From assembly GCA_001643675.2 (NCBI GenBank), contig LSRY02000022.1, positions 930,001-994,000 on the forward strand: a stretch of DNA of 64,000 nucleotides, in the 5' to 3' direction. Every line of letters begins with the position of its first letter. Positions within the stretch are counted from its first letter, which is position 1. The stretch is from Monocercomonoides exilis PA203. Taxonomy: Eukaryota; Protista; Preaxostyla. The position numbers and the translations under genes are program-made. Below the pieces are notes generated by a model. The model had not been told where the DNA came from. It worked only from the letters and a program-made list of their open reading frames with translations, and ran no database searches. Positions 51,378-63,821 of the stretch are shown here, piece after piece.

Positions 51378-54300
51378 TCATCTTGCCGTTCTTGCTGAAG
51401 CAGCTGCCATCAAGTTCTTAAGCGTTCTTCTGTCGATGTTATTCGTCTTTTCCTTTCCTTTCTTCTTCTTCTCTTCTTCTTCTCCTTCTCCTTCTTCTCT
51501 TTCTCTTTCTTCTTCTTCTTCTTCCTTCTTGTCATTCACTTTGCTTTTCCTATCCATGGCAGAGAAAGGTCTTCTTTGAGGTTGAAGAGGAGGAGGAGAA
51601 GAAGAAGAAGAAGAATTATGATCCTTTTGCCTACTAACACGAGGCGTGAATAACAAAGCAGACAAATTCACCTTCGAATTCTGAGGAGATCCAGAAATTG
51701 AGCTATTTTTCGTGAAAATCGCATTTTTCTTTGAATTTTCTGGTTTTTTTTCAAAATTTTTCGGTTTTTTTTCAAAATTTTCTGATTTTTCTTGTTTTTT
51801 CAGAGTTGAAAGGCACATTGAAGTGGCAGGGCGAATGAGAGAATGCTGTTTTTTGGGTGTTTTTGAAGGGGAAAGAGAAGAAAGAGGAGAAAGAGGAGAA
51901 TTAAATGAAGAAGAAGAAGAAGAAGAAGAAGAAGAAGAAGAAGAAGAAGAAGAAGAAGAGAGGGAGGAAGAGGAAGAAGAGGAAGAAGAAGGAGAAAGAT
52001 GAACTCTAGAAGTTGTTGTGCGTGCTGTAGAAAGAGGAGAAGAGGAAGGAGAAGAAAGAAAAGAAGAAGAAGAAAGAGAAGAGGAGGAGGAAGAAGAAGA
52101 GGAAGAAGAAATGAAAGTTCCTCTTCTTCTTGCTGTTGTTGGAGGAGGCGTAGCAGAAGGAGGGCGTTGAATTCGAGAAGAAGACAGAGGAGAAGAAGGG
52201 GGAGAAAAAGAAGAAGAAGAATTTAAAGAGGAAAGAGAAGAAGAAGAAGAAGAAAGAGAAGAGGAAGAAGAAGAAGAAGGATTCAAAGAATTAGAATTCG
52301 AAGAAGAAGAAGAAGAAGAAGAAGAAGAAGAAGCAATAAGTTTATCAAAAGACAGCATTTCCTGTTCGTTCTGGTTGAGGGCAATTTGAATGGAAAGTGT
52401 TGGAACTTTCACTGAAGTCCTGGCAAAAGTTGGCTCATTCGGAATTCGATGAAAGTTTTCTTTGTTTATTCCTTCTCCTTTTCCTCCTCCTCTTCTTCTT
52501 CTTTCTCCTTCTCCTTCTCCTTCTCTTCTTTCTGTTTCTAATTCTTCTTCTTCTTCTTCAAAATCAATCTCTTCTTCTCCTTCTCCTCTTTCTCCTTTTT
52601 CTCCTCCTCTTCTTCTTCTTCTCTCGCTTTCTTCTGACAGCATATTTCTTCTTCTTTCAGTCGAAGAAGAAGAAGAAGGCAAAGAATTGCATAGAACAGA
52701 AGAAAAAGAAGAAGTCGAAGAAGAATTTGGAATAAGACTGATTGAAGAGGAATAAATGTTTGAAGAAGAAGGAGAAAGAGAAGAAGAAGAAGGAGAATGA
52801 GAAGGAGAAGAAAGAGAAGAGGAGGAGGAGGAGGAGGAAGAAGAAGAAGAAGAAGAAGATGATGATGATGATATTGGTGTGTATGTGGAGGAGAGGGAGG
52901 AAGAATAAGTTGGATGTGGGTCAGAGAAAGAAGGGCGACGAGAAGAAGGAGAAGAAGAAGAAGAAGAAAGAAGAGGTTTTTGTGGAATAACTTTCAATTT
53001 TCTTTCTGTCACATCTCCATTTGGTTCTCTGTCTGTTATTTTATTCGGCTCAATTTTGGTTTTTCTTCCTTTTTTCTTTTCTTTTTTGATTTCTTCTTTA
53101 TTTTCTTTATCTTCTTCATTTTCTTCTTCTTCCTCTTCTTCTTTGATTTCATCTTCTTCCTTTTTAGTTTTTATTTTCACAAGTTCTTTTATTCTTTCTC
53201 TTTCTCTCTCTCTTTCTTCTTCTTCTTCTCCCTTTCTTTCTTCTTCTCCTTTTTCTTCTTCTCTTTCTTCTTCTTCTTCTTCTTCATTTCCCCTCTTTCT
53301 CCTCTCTTCTTTCTCAATTTCTTCGATTTCTTTCTCAATTTCCTTCGAAAATTGCTTCGAATTCGGGTTCAAAACCGAACAAACGTCGGAAAACGAAGAA
53401 AGAGCGGTTGGAGAGAAGAGGGGAGAATGTATGGAAGAAGGAGAAGAAGAAGAAGAAAAGGAAGAAGAGGAAGAAGAGGAAGAGGGAGGAGGAGAAGGAG
53501 AAAGAAATGAAGAAGAAGAAGAAGATGATGATGATGATGAAGGAGAAGGTGAAGGAGAAGTTACTGGCCTTATTTGTTGTTGAATTTGATTTTGATTTTG
53601 AGAAGAAGAGGAGGAGGAGGAAGAAGAAGAAGAAGAAGAAGAAGAAGCAGAAGAAGAAGAACGAGGCAACGAAGCAAAAGAAGAAGAGGAAGGGAAGGTT
53701 GGAGAACAAGAAGGAGAAGGAGAACGGGAATTAGAGCGAGAATTCGAATTGGAAGGGGAACGAGGGGAGAAAGGAAGAGGAGAAAGAGAAGAGAGAGAGG
53801 AAAGAGGAGTCACTGGGCGGGTGCTACGAGGAGGAGGAGGGAAAAGAGAAGGAGAAGAAGAGGAGGAGGAGGAAGAAGAAGAAGAGGAAGAGGAAGAGGA
53901 AGAAGAAGAAGAAGGAAATGAAGGGGTTGTGGAAGGAGAAGGAGAAGGAGAAGGAGATATGGAAGAATTAGAAGAGGAAGAGGAAGAGGAGAAAGAAGAA
54001 GAAGAAGAAGAAGCATTAGCATTAGCAGAAGCGCTTATCAAATTCAGCAGGCTATTTGAATACGGACTTTTGTATTCTGCTCCAATCATCTTCATTCGAT
54101 TTGTGCCGTATTGAGGAACATGCGAAAAAGTGGTTGAAATTGGGGCAAGATCAAAAGCAGAGGAAAGAGAAGAAGAAGGAGAGGAGGAGAAAGATGAAGG
54201 GCTGATGGGGAGAGGAGGGGGATCGAAAAGAGAAGAAGAAGAAGAAGAAGTTGGATTATTATTATTATTATTATTTGAAGAAGAAGAAGAAGAAGAAGAA

Positions 54301-55054
54301 GTGAATTTAGAGAGAGAAAGATTTCTTTGCTGAATACGGCGTTGAAAAGAAGAGGAAGAAGAAGAAGAGGAAGGAGAAAGAGGAGGAAGAGGCTGAGGTT
54401 GCTGGAGTTGCTGGAGTTGTTGGAAGGAGGAAGAAAAAGAGGAAGAAGAGGAAGAAGGAGAAGGAGGAACGGGGGAGAGAGAGAAAGAAGAGGAGGAGGA
54501 AGAAGAGGAAGAGGAAGAGGAAGAAGAAGAAGAAGAAAGATAATCACGAGGTGATGTTATGCTTAATGCAACATCTCCATTTGGAAGGACAGTTGAAATT
54601 ATACCTGAAGAATGCAAATTCTGAGAGGAAGGGGAAGAAGAGAAGGAAGAAGAGAAGGAAGAAGAGGAAGAGGAAGAAGAAGAAGAAGGAAAAGAAGAAG
54701 AAGAAGAGGAAGAGGAAGAAGAAGGAGAAGCAGGAGGAAATGGATAGGTTAGACGAGGAGAAGCTAAGGAAGTGATAGAAGAAGTGGTTGTGAGTGAAGT
54801 TGTGGAGGAGGAGGAAGGAAAAGTGTGAGAAGGTTGGAAAGAAGGAGAAAGAAGAGGAGGAGGAGGAGGAGGAGAGGAAGAAAAAGAAGAGGAAGAAGAA
54901 AAAGAGGAGGAGGAAGAAGAAGAAGAAGAAGAAGAAGAAGAATTCGGCAATGGAAAAGGAGAAGTGGAAGACAAATAGCTGAGAGGGGAGCGAGGCGAAG
55001 AGGGAGGATAATTAAAAGCCTGAGGAGGAGGAGAAGAGGAAGTGAAAGAGGAAA

Positions 55055-55085
<31 letters not shown>

Positions 55086-56553
55086 AGAAGATGGAGTCTG
55101 AATCAATGAGCTTTGCGTAGGCGTGCGAGCCAGCAATGGAGCTAAAGTCAATCTTTTCCTTTCTTCTTCTCTTCTTTCCTTCTCTTTTTCTCCTCCTCTT
55201 TCTCCTCCTCCTCCTCCAAACTCTATCTGAAGAGGAATCACAGCATGTGGCGACCCCTTCAAAGCACTTAGCGCCGCAGCCAGCTGTCCAATCCTCAAGT
55301 TCCTTGCAGACAGCGTCTTCTCCAAATCTTGTATTCTTGTTGTTAACAAGTCATTCTTCATCTTCCATTCTTTCTCTCTCTCGCCTTCCAGCACTTTCTT
55401 CTTCCACGCCTCCAGCTCTGCCAGCCTCCTCAGCAGCTCCTCTTTCTCCTTCTCCAGCTGCTCCACCCTTCTTCTCAAGTCCCCGTTCTCCTGCCTCAGC
55501 GCCTCGTTCTCCTGCTTCAGCGCCTCGTTCTCCTTTGCCAGCTCTTCTTTCTCTCTCAGCAGCGCCGCCATCGCCTCTGCATGCTCCCTTCTCATCCTCT
55601 CCAACTCCTTCTGATGCTTCTGCTCAATCGTCCCCAGCCTCCTCTTCAGTTCCTCGTTCTCCCCTTTCACTTTGCTCAGCTCGTCCACCAGCGCATCCAC
55701 ACGCTCCCGCAGCGCGTTCTCCACCGCCCGCGCGCCCGCCAGCTGCTCCTGCAGCCCGCTGATCTCCGCCCGGAGCCTCTCAACCTCCTCGCTCGCTGAC
55801 AACGCATCTTTGCCCTGCAGCTGCAGAATCAGGTCGCGCCGCAGGCTGTCCAGCTCTTCCTGGTGCCGCGCCCGCAGCTCTGCGAGCAGCCTCTCGTACT
55901 CTTCTCGCAGGCGCGCGATCTCAGCCTCGTGAAGCCGGTCTAATGCTTCTTTCTGCTCTTTTAATGCCTTTTCACGATCTCCCAATAATTCTATTATTTT
56001 CAGTTCATATCGACCCTTTAGCCATTTAAATAATTCTAGGTCATCTCCAATACAATTAATAAGAGATTCTTTGTTTAGTTTTGCAAGCTCCCCTCTGAGA
56101 TTAGCTCTATCATCCATTGTTTTTTCAGAAACTTTCCAAAGTCCTTCTCGCAGAACTCTTCTCAGCTGGTTAATTGCTTCTCCATAAAACTTTCTTGTCT
56201 GCTCCATAATGTAGTGAGCATGCCTGTAATTTTCTAATATTTGGAGCCATGGATCTCGAGCTCTTTTGAAGTAATTCTGAGAAAACTCGTCCCACTGTTT
56301 ATATAGAAGAGCAGCAGCACCGTCAAACTTTTCTAAAATTGCGTTTCCTGCAGCAGTTATGTCAGTTTTTCTATCTAAAACTGTTGTTCTGAGTTTTTTC
56401 TCAATGATAATAAGTCAAATTGAAAAATTTATTAAAATTTGAAAACCTAAAATTGAATCAATTTTGAAATTGTTTGAAATTGCACACATTGAACTCTGAT
56501 CCTAGGCTTTTCTCAAATGATCCTATTGGATCTTGAGAATTAAATGAACTCAT
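51378..56553 (-). CDS. Giant protein with N-terminal coiled coil and ~1200-aa poly-Ser/Pro and poly-Glu low-complexity tail
   Basis: 1609-codon ORF whose frame stays open upstream to ~56410. Probable first exon from ATG 56553 (MSSFNSQDPIGSFEKSLGS) with an intron ending at ~56390. Heptads ENEALKQ/ENEALRQ/ENGDLRR. Confidence 0.8.
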
Positions 56554-58649
56554 GAAATTCACAGAAAATGTTTTTAACCAAAATATATAAAATTAAGGTT
56601 CAAAAAATTTAGATTTTTTTGTTTTTGTTATTGTGTTTCCACCGTCCAAATAAAAAAAAAGAATGAAAGAATGAAAGAATGAAAGAAAAGGGAAAAATAA
56701 ATATTAATTTTTGTTGACGCGAAAATTAGCATCTTTTTCAAAATACAGTTGAGATAGGATATAATCACATCGAATATTATCAACATCGTGTATTGTCACA
56801 TTTTTGGTATATGATAACTTATCGTAGTCTAAGCCTGGGTGACGGATCGAAAAATCGATGGTTACGTCAGTCAGCAGAATTTTTTCACGTCAGAATTTTT
56901 TTTTTTAAATCTTTATTTTAAAAGGCTTTTTAACATAGATATTTTTTCATAAAATTTATTCAGCTATTTTCAACTTTGACAAATGACTTTGTTATTGGTT
57001 CAGTTTCTAAAATATGAACCATTATTCTTGTTATATTTATACTGAGAAATATTTTTTTCTTTTTAATCATAAGCTTTCATTAAAGGAATATTGTTTGGTT
57101 TGCATTATTAAAGATTTGCCTATTGATATGTTTATTCTTTCAGGATAGGAGATGGAAATAAATGAAAATGAATGAAAGCGGGATATCTTGTTATGCAGGC
57201 TGACCATGGAATTGGGAGTGAATTTATATGGAACGTGAACGTGATGAATGGATTTGGAAGTCAAATTGAAGAATCAACTGGATGAACACTAAAAAGGATA
57301 GGATAAAGAATTGAAGTTGAGAAAATAGTTGCAAATGGAATAAAATGTTGAAATTGATTTCAAAATAGGTACATTTTAGGTTTAAAGTTTTTTTGCAGTA
57401 ATTATTATTATAATGATTTATTAATACTGCTGAAAGAATCAGGTATTAGATGGCTTTGAAGAAGAAGAAAATCGGGGAAGGAAAATAAGACAGACAGATG
57501 AAATTCAAGATATATCGAAGATGCCTGACATTTGGTTTTGACAAAGAATTATTTTTGAGGAAAGATGATTTTTTGTGAAACAAGGGGAAGTGAAAAATTG
57601 AAAGAAATGGAATGAAAAAGAGATCGCTCAATATTACACTTTTTTGTTGAAGAGGAGGGATGGTTGAGCAGAAAGTTAAAAGGATTGAAAGGTTTCTTTT
57701 CGGAAGAAGAAGACAAAATCCAGAAAAAGAGAATTTCAATGAATTTCTCCGTTGGCATTAATCGGATCTCATCTTCTCAATTTTCAACAATTAATCAACC
57801 CGATCTGTCCATTCACCATTATCATCTTCTTCTTCTTCTTCAAATATATCAACAACATTTCACACAGCATCTCCTTCTTTATCTTCATTCACTTCATCTG
57901 ATGAATTTCTTCACATTCTGCATCTGCATCAGAGATTAAGAGAGAAATGAAGAAAAGAGGAACAAGTGAAGACAAAGTAGATGAAAAAAAAGGAAAGAAG
58001 ATCCTTCTGTAATGATTTTTCGTTAATGATGGAAATAAAACGACTGAAGAAATTATAAGATGAAAGAGAAGAAATTGAAAAATTGAAGAGAAAGAAAGAA
58101 AAATTTGATGAGAATAGAGAAGAACAATGAAGAAAAGCAAAGAAATTAGGAATTGAAATTTTGTTAGAGAAATGATCAAACGAAAAATAGAGAAATATAA
58201 AAAAGAAAAATTAAACAGAAAGGAAAGAAAGATTTTGAGAAAAATCAATAACCAAAACACTTTTTTTGTTGATTTTTTTCATTTCTTCCAAAACATTTCT
58301 TGTCTGTTTAATATTATCTTTTTTTGGAGATGAGAGTTATTGATATTTTGAATGTTTATCTTCAGGTTAAAGATAAAATTCAAACGTTTATTTTCTCTTT
58401 GAAGAAATTTCATTTGAATTTCCATTTTCAAACATAAACATGGAATTGATGAAAAATGAAAAATATGAGCTATTTTTAAAGGCACAACTTGAACAATTGT
58501 TATTTTATATCGAATAATTAATACATAGAAATTTTTGAAATACTTGTGTAAATTAACAATTTTCAAATCCATCAATTATTTCTTTTTGCAAATGCGCAAT
58601 TTTCCTTGTCGCTTTATTCAGATTGATTGTCAGTTCTTTCATTTCATAA

Positions 58650-60640
58650 TTACTAAATTTCGTTCCTTGCATCATCTGAAACATCTCTTACTGTCTTCGT
58701 TTGTTTTCCAAATGCAGCAATGCCCCATCCGATACTGTATACATATTTCCACACCCTTGCTCCTTCGCCCGCTTCCACATGCCTCTTTCCTCCCTAGCAG
58801 CCTCTCCATTATTAACGTGATAGGGTGAGTATTTTTATTGGCACCAGTTTTTTTATTGGCACCAAAAATTATTTTCATTATCTTCATTTCATTAAAGCTC
58901 ATAAAACTGTTTTATAACTTAAGAACAATAAACAAATAAAAATTAAGCTACACGTCAAATATTTTTTTAAAAAACTTTCTCAGAAAAACGATCTAATAAT
59001 TTTTAACTTTTATATTTCGATCAATATTTTGCTCGTATTTTCTTGACTGATTGCTGTTTCGAGTTTTTATCACTGTATTCACAAAAACAACTGTATTTTC
59101 CGTATTTGTTTCTTATTCGTTATATTTTGAACCATTTATTTAAGTGTATTTTTGCATTTCACCATTTTTGTTAAAACATGCAAAATCAAGTGAATGTGTA
59201 TGTTTTGTTAAAAAATGTCAAAAGAAATTGATAAAATAATCTTTATTGTATATTGTACATGTTTCAAAAATAAACTTTAATTCAAAATTAAAAAGAAATC
59301 AAAGGATCATGCTTTTTAAAGAATTGCATTTATCAAATAATTGACAAATTGGAAGTTATCCATTATCAATAATATGTTGTTTAAAAAACTTATAAAATAT
59401 AATACACTTCATGAAAATCAATAAAACTAACACATTCACTTGATTTTGCATGTTTTAACAAAAATGGTGAAATGCAAAAATACACTTAAATAAATGGTTC
59501 AAAATATAACGAATAAGAAACAAATACGGAAAATACAGTTGTTTTTGTGAATACAGTGATAAAAACTCGAAACAGCAATCAGTCAAGAAAATACGAGCAA
59601 AATATTGATCGAAATATAAAAGTTAAAAATTATTAGATCGTTTTTCTGAGAAAGTTTTTTAAAAAAATATTTGACGTGTAGCTTAATTTTTATTTGTTTA
59701 TTGTTCTTAAGTTATAAAACAGTTTTATGAGCTTTAATGAAATGAAGATAATGAAAATAATTTTTGGTGCCAATAAAAAAACTGGTGCCAATAAAAATAC
59801 TCACCTACTCATCGTCCCGTCCTGCTGTATCATCCCTTCTTCAACTGGCTTCCCAACAATCCGCTCCTGCTATGTACACTGCTCCACCAGCACCCCTGCC
59901 ACCGTCATCGCCACCAGATAGTCCCGCCAGCTCCCTCTTGCACTCTCGTCAATACGAATCAAAAACCTCAAATGCAGCGATTCCACATCCAGAATTTGCT
60001 CTTCCTTCTTCCTCCAAATCAGCAGAACCACCCTTTTCCCCTTATTCCTCATTCGTCGTTTAACCTTTCTTCGACTTTTTCCACCTGTTCACTATCTTTC
60101 CCCACATTTCATTCACTTCTTTCTGTAGTTATGCACAAAGGCCTATTGCTTCTTCTTCATCTGCTCTTGAAATCTCCTGTTGGATTTCATCAGATAAAGA
60201 AGAACTGCACATCTCTGGTTCCACAGAATGCTGCTTGTCAGTATCCACCTTAGCCTCCGCTTCTGTATTCATAAACTTCAACCGACTCAGCTCAAGCGCC
60301 TCCACAACTAGTAGTAATATCGCTTCAACCTGCTTTACCTGATTCTCTTTGATTCTCTCCACAAACTCTCTGTGCGCTGTAGGATAGTCGACTTTCTCTC
60401 ATTTCCTCCTCCTTCCTCTGCCTCTTCCAACTCCTCCAGCACAGCCAGCGCAATCGCTGCTGGAGACAGAACCGCATCCTCCATCCTCAGCCCCACCTCC
60501 GACAGCCCCTTCTCCACAATCTTTGCCATCCTTCACAGAACAACCTCTCGCCCAATCACTTTTTCGACAATCTTTACCACCATGCATCTCGACTGCTGCG
60601 GTCTCCATATCTGCTGCGACTGGTCAAACTGATCGTCGAT
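58650..60640 (-). pseudogene. Cargo gene fragment of unknown function inside the hAT, split by a foldback MITE
   Basis: Minus-strand ORF pieces 60335-60529, 60129-60362, 59870-60052. Frame is restored across the MITE (...QQDGTMS|ITLIMERLLGRKEA...). Confidence 0.55.
58823..59805. mobile_element. 983-bp foldback MITE with ~376-bp TIRs, TA TSD, pogo-type ends
   Basis: 58824-59199 is the reverse complement of 59430-59805; TA at 58821-2 and 59806-7; terminus GGGTGAG with doubled TTTTATTGGCACCA. Confidence 0.93.
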
Positions 60641-61679
60641 TGACGGGAATGCATTTTCATCTGCTTCAGCAAAGATTCACTTGCTCCCAGACTTCTTTCC
60701 CAGTTACACCACAAGAAGCGGAAGAGGAGCAACCAACTGAACTGAAAGCATCTCCGATAGCGCCATATCGTTTGAACAAACAACGCCCCAATATAGCTCC
60801 CCCCGCCACACCACAACATATCCCTTCAATGTTTGCAGCGCGCGTGATGACAGTAGCAGCAGAAGCGACAGCTGAATGTAAGGGACTGACACAGCAGCCA
60901 CTCTTGATGGAACTATCTTTAATCTTCTCTAATTATCATCGATCTCAGCAACAGATATGTCGAAAGAGGCAACCACAGATGCTTCTGTCGAACAGATTTC
61001 AGGAACAATGGATAATTTTTTTGACAAATGGAAAGGCTCATCCCTCAAATCAGTCAAATCATCGTCTATTTTCTGCATTAGCAAGGAAAACACAAAGCCA
61101 AAGCTGATCAAAATAACAGCTTACGATTAGTTGCATGAAGAAAAGGAAAAGAGAAGATAGACAAGAATGCAAAAAATGATTGGAAGAGATTGAATCTATC
61201 GAATTAATTCTTTGGCTGTTAAGTTGATTCGAAGAATGCCATCCAAAGCTGAAAAAATTCAACATTCTTTGATAAGCCATTGAAAAAATGATAATTTTTT
61301 TTTTAAAAAAATTAGAACTTATCATTTTAGCTTTTCCAAAAAATATTCGATCGAATAAAGTTATTGTAATTTGTGATCTGTTTGTTTTATGAAGGAAGAA
61401 GAAATGAATAAAGATTTTTAAGAACGAATGTCTATAAAGCAAGAAGTATAAATACTCGGTGAAAAAATAAAACATTCTTGTATATTTTCAAATAATAATC
61501 GATATTCTGATATTTTGCCTCTTCACAGTTTAATTATTCAAAAGCAAGGAGAGAATGAATGTTCTTTGTTCTAATTCTTTAAAAAAATAAATCGAAAGAG
61601 AAATAAACTTTGTTTTCATCATTCCTTTCAGACAAACAAATTTTGCGAATATGAATACATGAAAAAGTTGATTGCAAAA

Positions 61680-62175
61680 AAAAGAAACAAACTTTCAGTT
61701 GCACTTCTAACGAATGCATGCTCAAAGGATATCTCTTTTCTCCAATATTGTTTTTTATTTTTGAAATGGCTCTTTCGCAGCAAGCTTCGCTGCAAGGTGA
61801 AGTTATTAGCGCAAGACACAACTCAGAAGATGCAGTTTGCAGTTCTCCAAATGAAGAAAAAACGAAATTAATATTTCTGTATTTTCTTCAACAACTTCAG
61901 AAAAGTTGCTTTTCGAAAGTAATCTGAAACATATTAAGAGTTTCCACATTTTTCCAGATAAACAAATTAGCAATACGCTTGTTTCAATAAAATCAACGTT
62001 TTTCAAACGTATCAGCTTTGAAATAAGTCATTTGTTATTGATCAGAATTAAATAAAGAAGGTCAAACGATGAAGATATCTTTCAGGTTGTTTTCTGATTC
62101 TTCTTTAATTTTATTCTTTCTTCACCCATTGTTCATTTTCAGGTGACACTGCTCGCCACTGACTCCATTGACATT
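61680..62175 (-). pseudogene. hAT transposase remnant: C-terminal dimerisation domain
   Basis: LALITSPCSEACCERAISKIKNNIGEKRYPLSMHSLEVQLKV matches the hATC pattern P-S-A--ER-FS...R--L. The catalytic core is absent. Confidence 0.8.
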
Positions 62176-62739
62176 TTTTGATCAAAAATTTCCACCTTCG
62201 TCAGTTCCGTCAGTTCCCCTTAATTAAAAAATCGATTGAATAATTTGTGAAAACTTCGACCAATCGTTTTCTTAAAAAAACATAATATTGTGAATTGATA
62301 AGCAAATTGAAAATATTCTGTAATTAAAAATATAACAAATATCGCACACAATTTTTCTGACGGGATTTTTTTCCATCGCGTCAGTCAAATATCGCTTTTT
62401 TCCAAGTCAAAGTCAGTCAGTCACCCAGGCTTATCGTAGTCGTCGAAAAGTTCAATAAATCCAAAAATTAAAACGCATAACTGTTTATAAAAAAACATAT
62501 AAGGCAAACATCGTCTAATGTTTGAAATTCTTAAAAGTGTATTGTGAATATAAATTACAATAAAAATATTCAAATTTATGTGTGTGATCAAATATGTGCG
62601 CAAATAGTTTGAAATTCAATCTTTAAATGAATAAACATAAAAATTTCTCTTTTTATAATTTTAAAGAAATAACAGTTTTAAAAGCGAAATAAGTTTGATT
62701 AATGATGTTAAATATAAAATATTTATTATAATATATATA

Positions 62740-63821
62740 ACATGGGATAACGACTTAACGTGATAATGGATAATGGAGATTTTGCATGTGTTGCATCCAA
62801 AAAGATGTGCAAATTGCAGAGCAATCATGAAGGTCGAGAAAGTTGGGCACAGAAGAAGATGGAAGTACAGCAAATGTTCAAAACGAATTTCAATGCTATC
62901 TGAAACAGCATTTTACAGAAGTCATTTGGAAATTTGGATCATTATACAAATACTTTGGTTTTTACATATTGGCATTCGAATTTATCAAGAAAGTTAATTC
63001 ACTAGTATGAGCAGGATATCTGTTGGTTTATGTTATTCAATTGCTCGTGCAAGTTTTGTTTCGTTTGATGTGACAAAATTTCAAAAGCTTGGAGGTTAAG
63101 AGATAATTGTGGAGATTGATAAAGCCATATTGAGGAAAAGGAAATATGACAAGGGAAAGAAAAAAGCGTAAAATTTGGATATTTGGCATGACTGAAACGA
63201 ACGTTGAAGAAATGAAAGGAAAATTTTAACTTCTGAAAGCGCTAAATAGATAGTGAAGCACATTAATATTAATTATCCAGATAAATGTGATTGAAGGAAC
63301 TATTATCTTCTCCGATGTGTTAAAGGCAAATCAGTGTCTTGAATCGACTGTATATCAGCATTTGACTGTATGTCACAACTTCAACTTTCGTGATCCTCTT
63401 TCTGGAACTTGCACAAATAAGATAAAAGGAACTTGGAGTTTGCTAAGAAAAAGTTTCACTCGAACAGAAGTCAAAACAAGATTTATTGATTATTTTTTGA
63501 TGAGTTTATATGGAAAAAGAGATGAAAATTACAATAAATGAATTTCAATCTCAGATCTTTCAATACAAACCAACAAATTACATAAACAATGAATAATCAG
63601 AAAGTGAGATCGAGGAAGATATCATAATGGAGATTGATGATGAAGAAATTAATCCTGAAGGAACAAGTGATGATGATGTTCCAGTCATTGAATTTGAAAA
63701 TAACAAGGATGATGATATCAATCTTTTTGAAGCAGGAGATGGAGGCGATGCCACATCCTTTGAGGATGATTATCCAATAATGATGTTTTCTTTTTCACAA
63801 GCAATTTTCCATAAGAAATAG
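62740..63821 (+). mobile_element. Merlin (ISXO2/IS1595-family) transposase pseudogene
   Basis: Zn-ribbon-like CANC...KC, KLGG*EIIVEID, RKRKYDKG, GTIIFSD, YQHLTVCH.FNFRDP.SG.CTNKIKGTW, acidic tail. Many stops; TIRs not located. Confidence 0.85.

Larger units (their letters stand above)
56830..62433 (-). mobile_element. Non-autonomous hAT element, 5.6 kb, with cargo
   Basis: Perfect 14-bp TIRs TAAGCCTGGGTGAC; 8-bp TSD TCGTAGTC (56822-29, 62434-41); subterminal GTCAG repeats at both ends; hATC dimerisation motif inside. Confidence 0.92.

Noticed and set aside
51712-55932. Many + strand ORFs rich in E/R/K/F opposite the giant gene (likewise at 6200-7560 and 38600-44400)
   Set aside because: Shadow ORFs from low-complexity GAA/TTC sequence that lacks stops in alternative frames.
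58672-59921. Two ORFs with identical N-termini (MSFNEMKIMKIIFGANKKTGANKNTH)
   Set aside because: Both start inside the two arms of the foldback TIR; not a gene pair.
56819-62441. 11-bp direct repeat TTATCGTAGTC as the TSD
   Set aside because: The TTA on the right belongs to the TIR. An 8-bp TSD fits the perfect TIR and the hATC domain.
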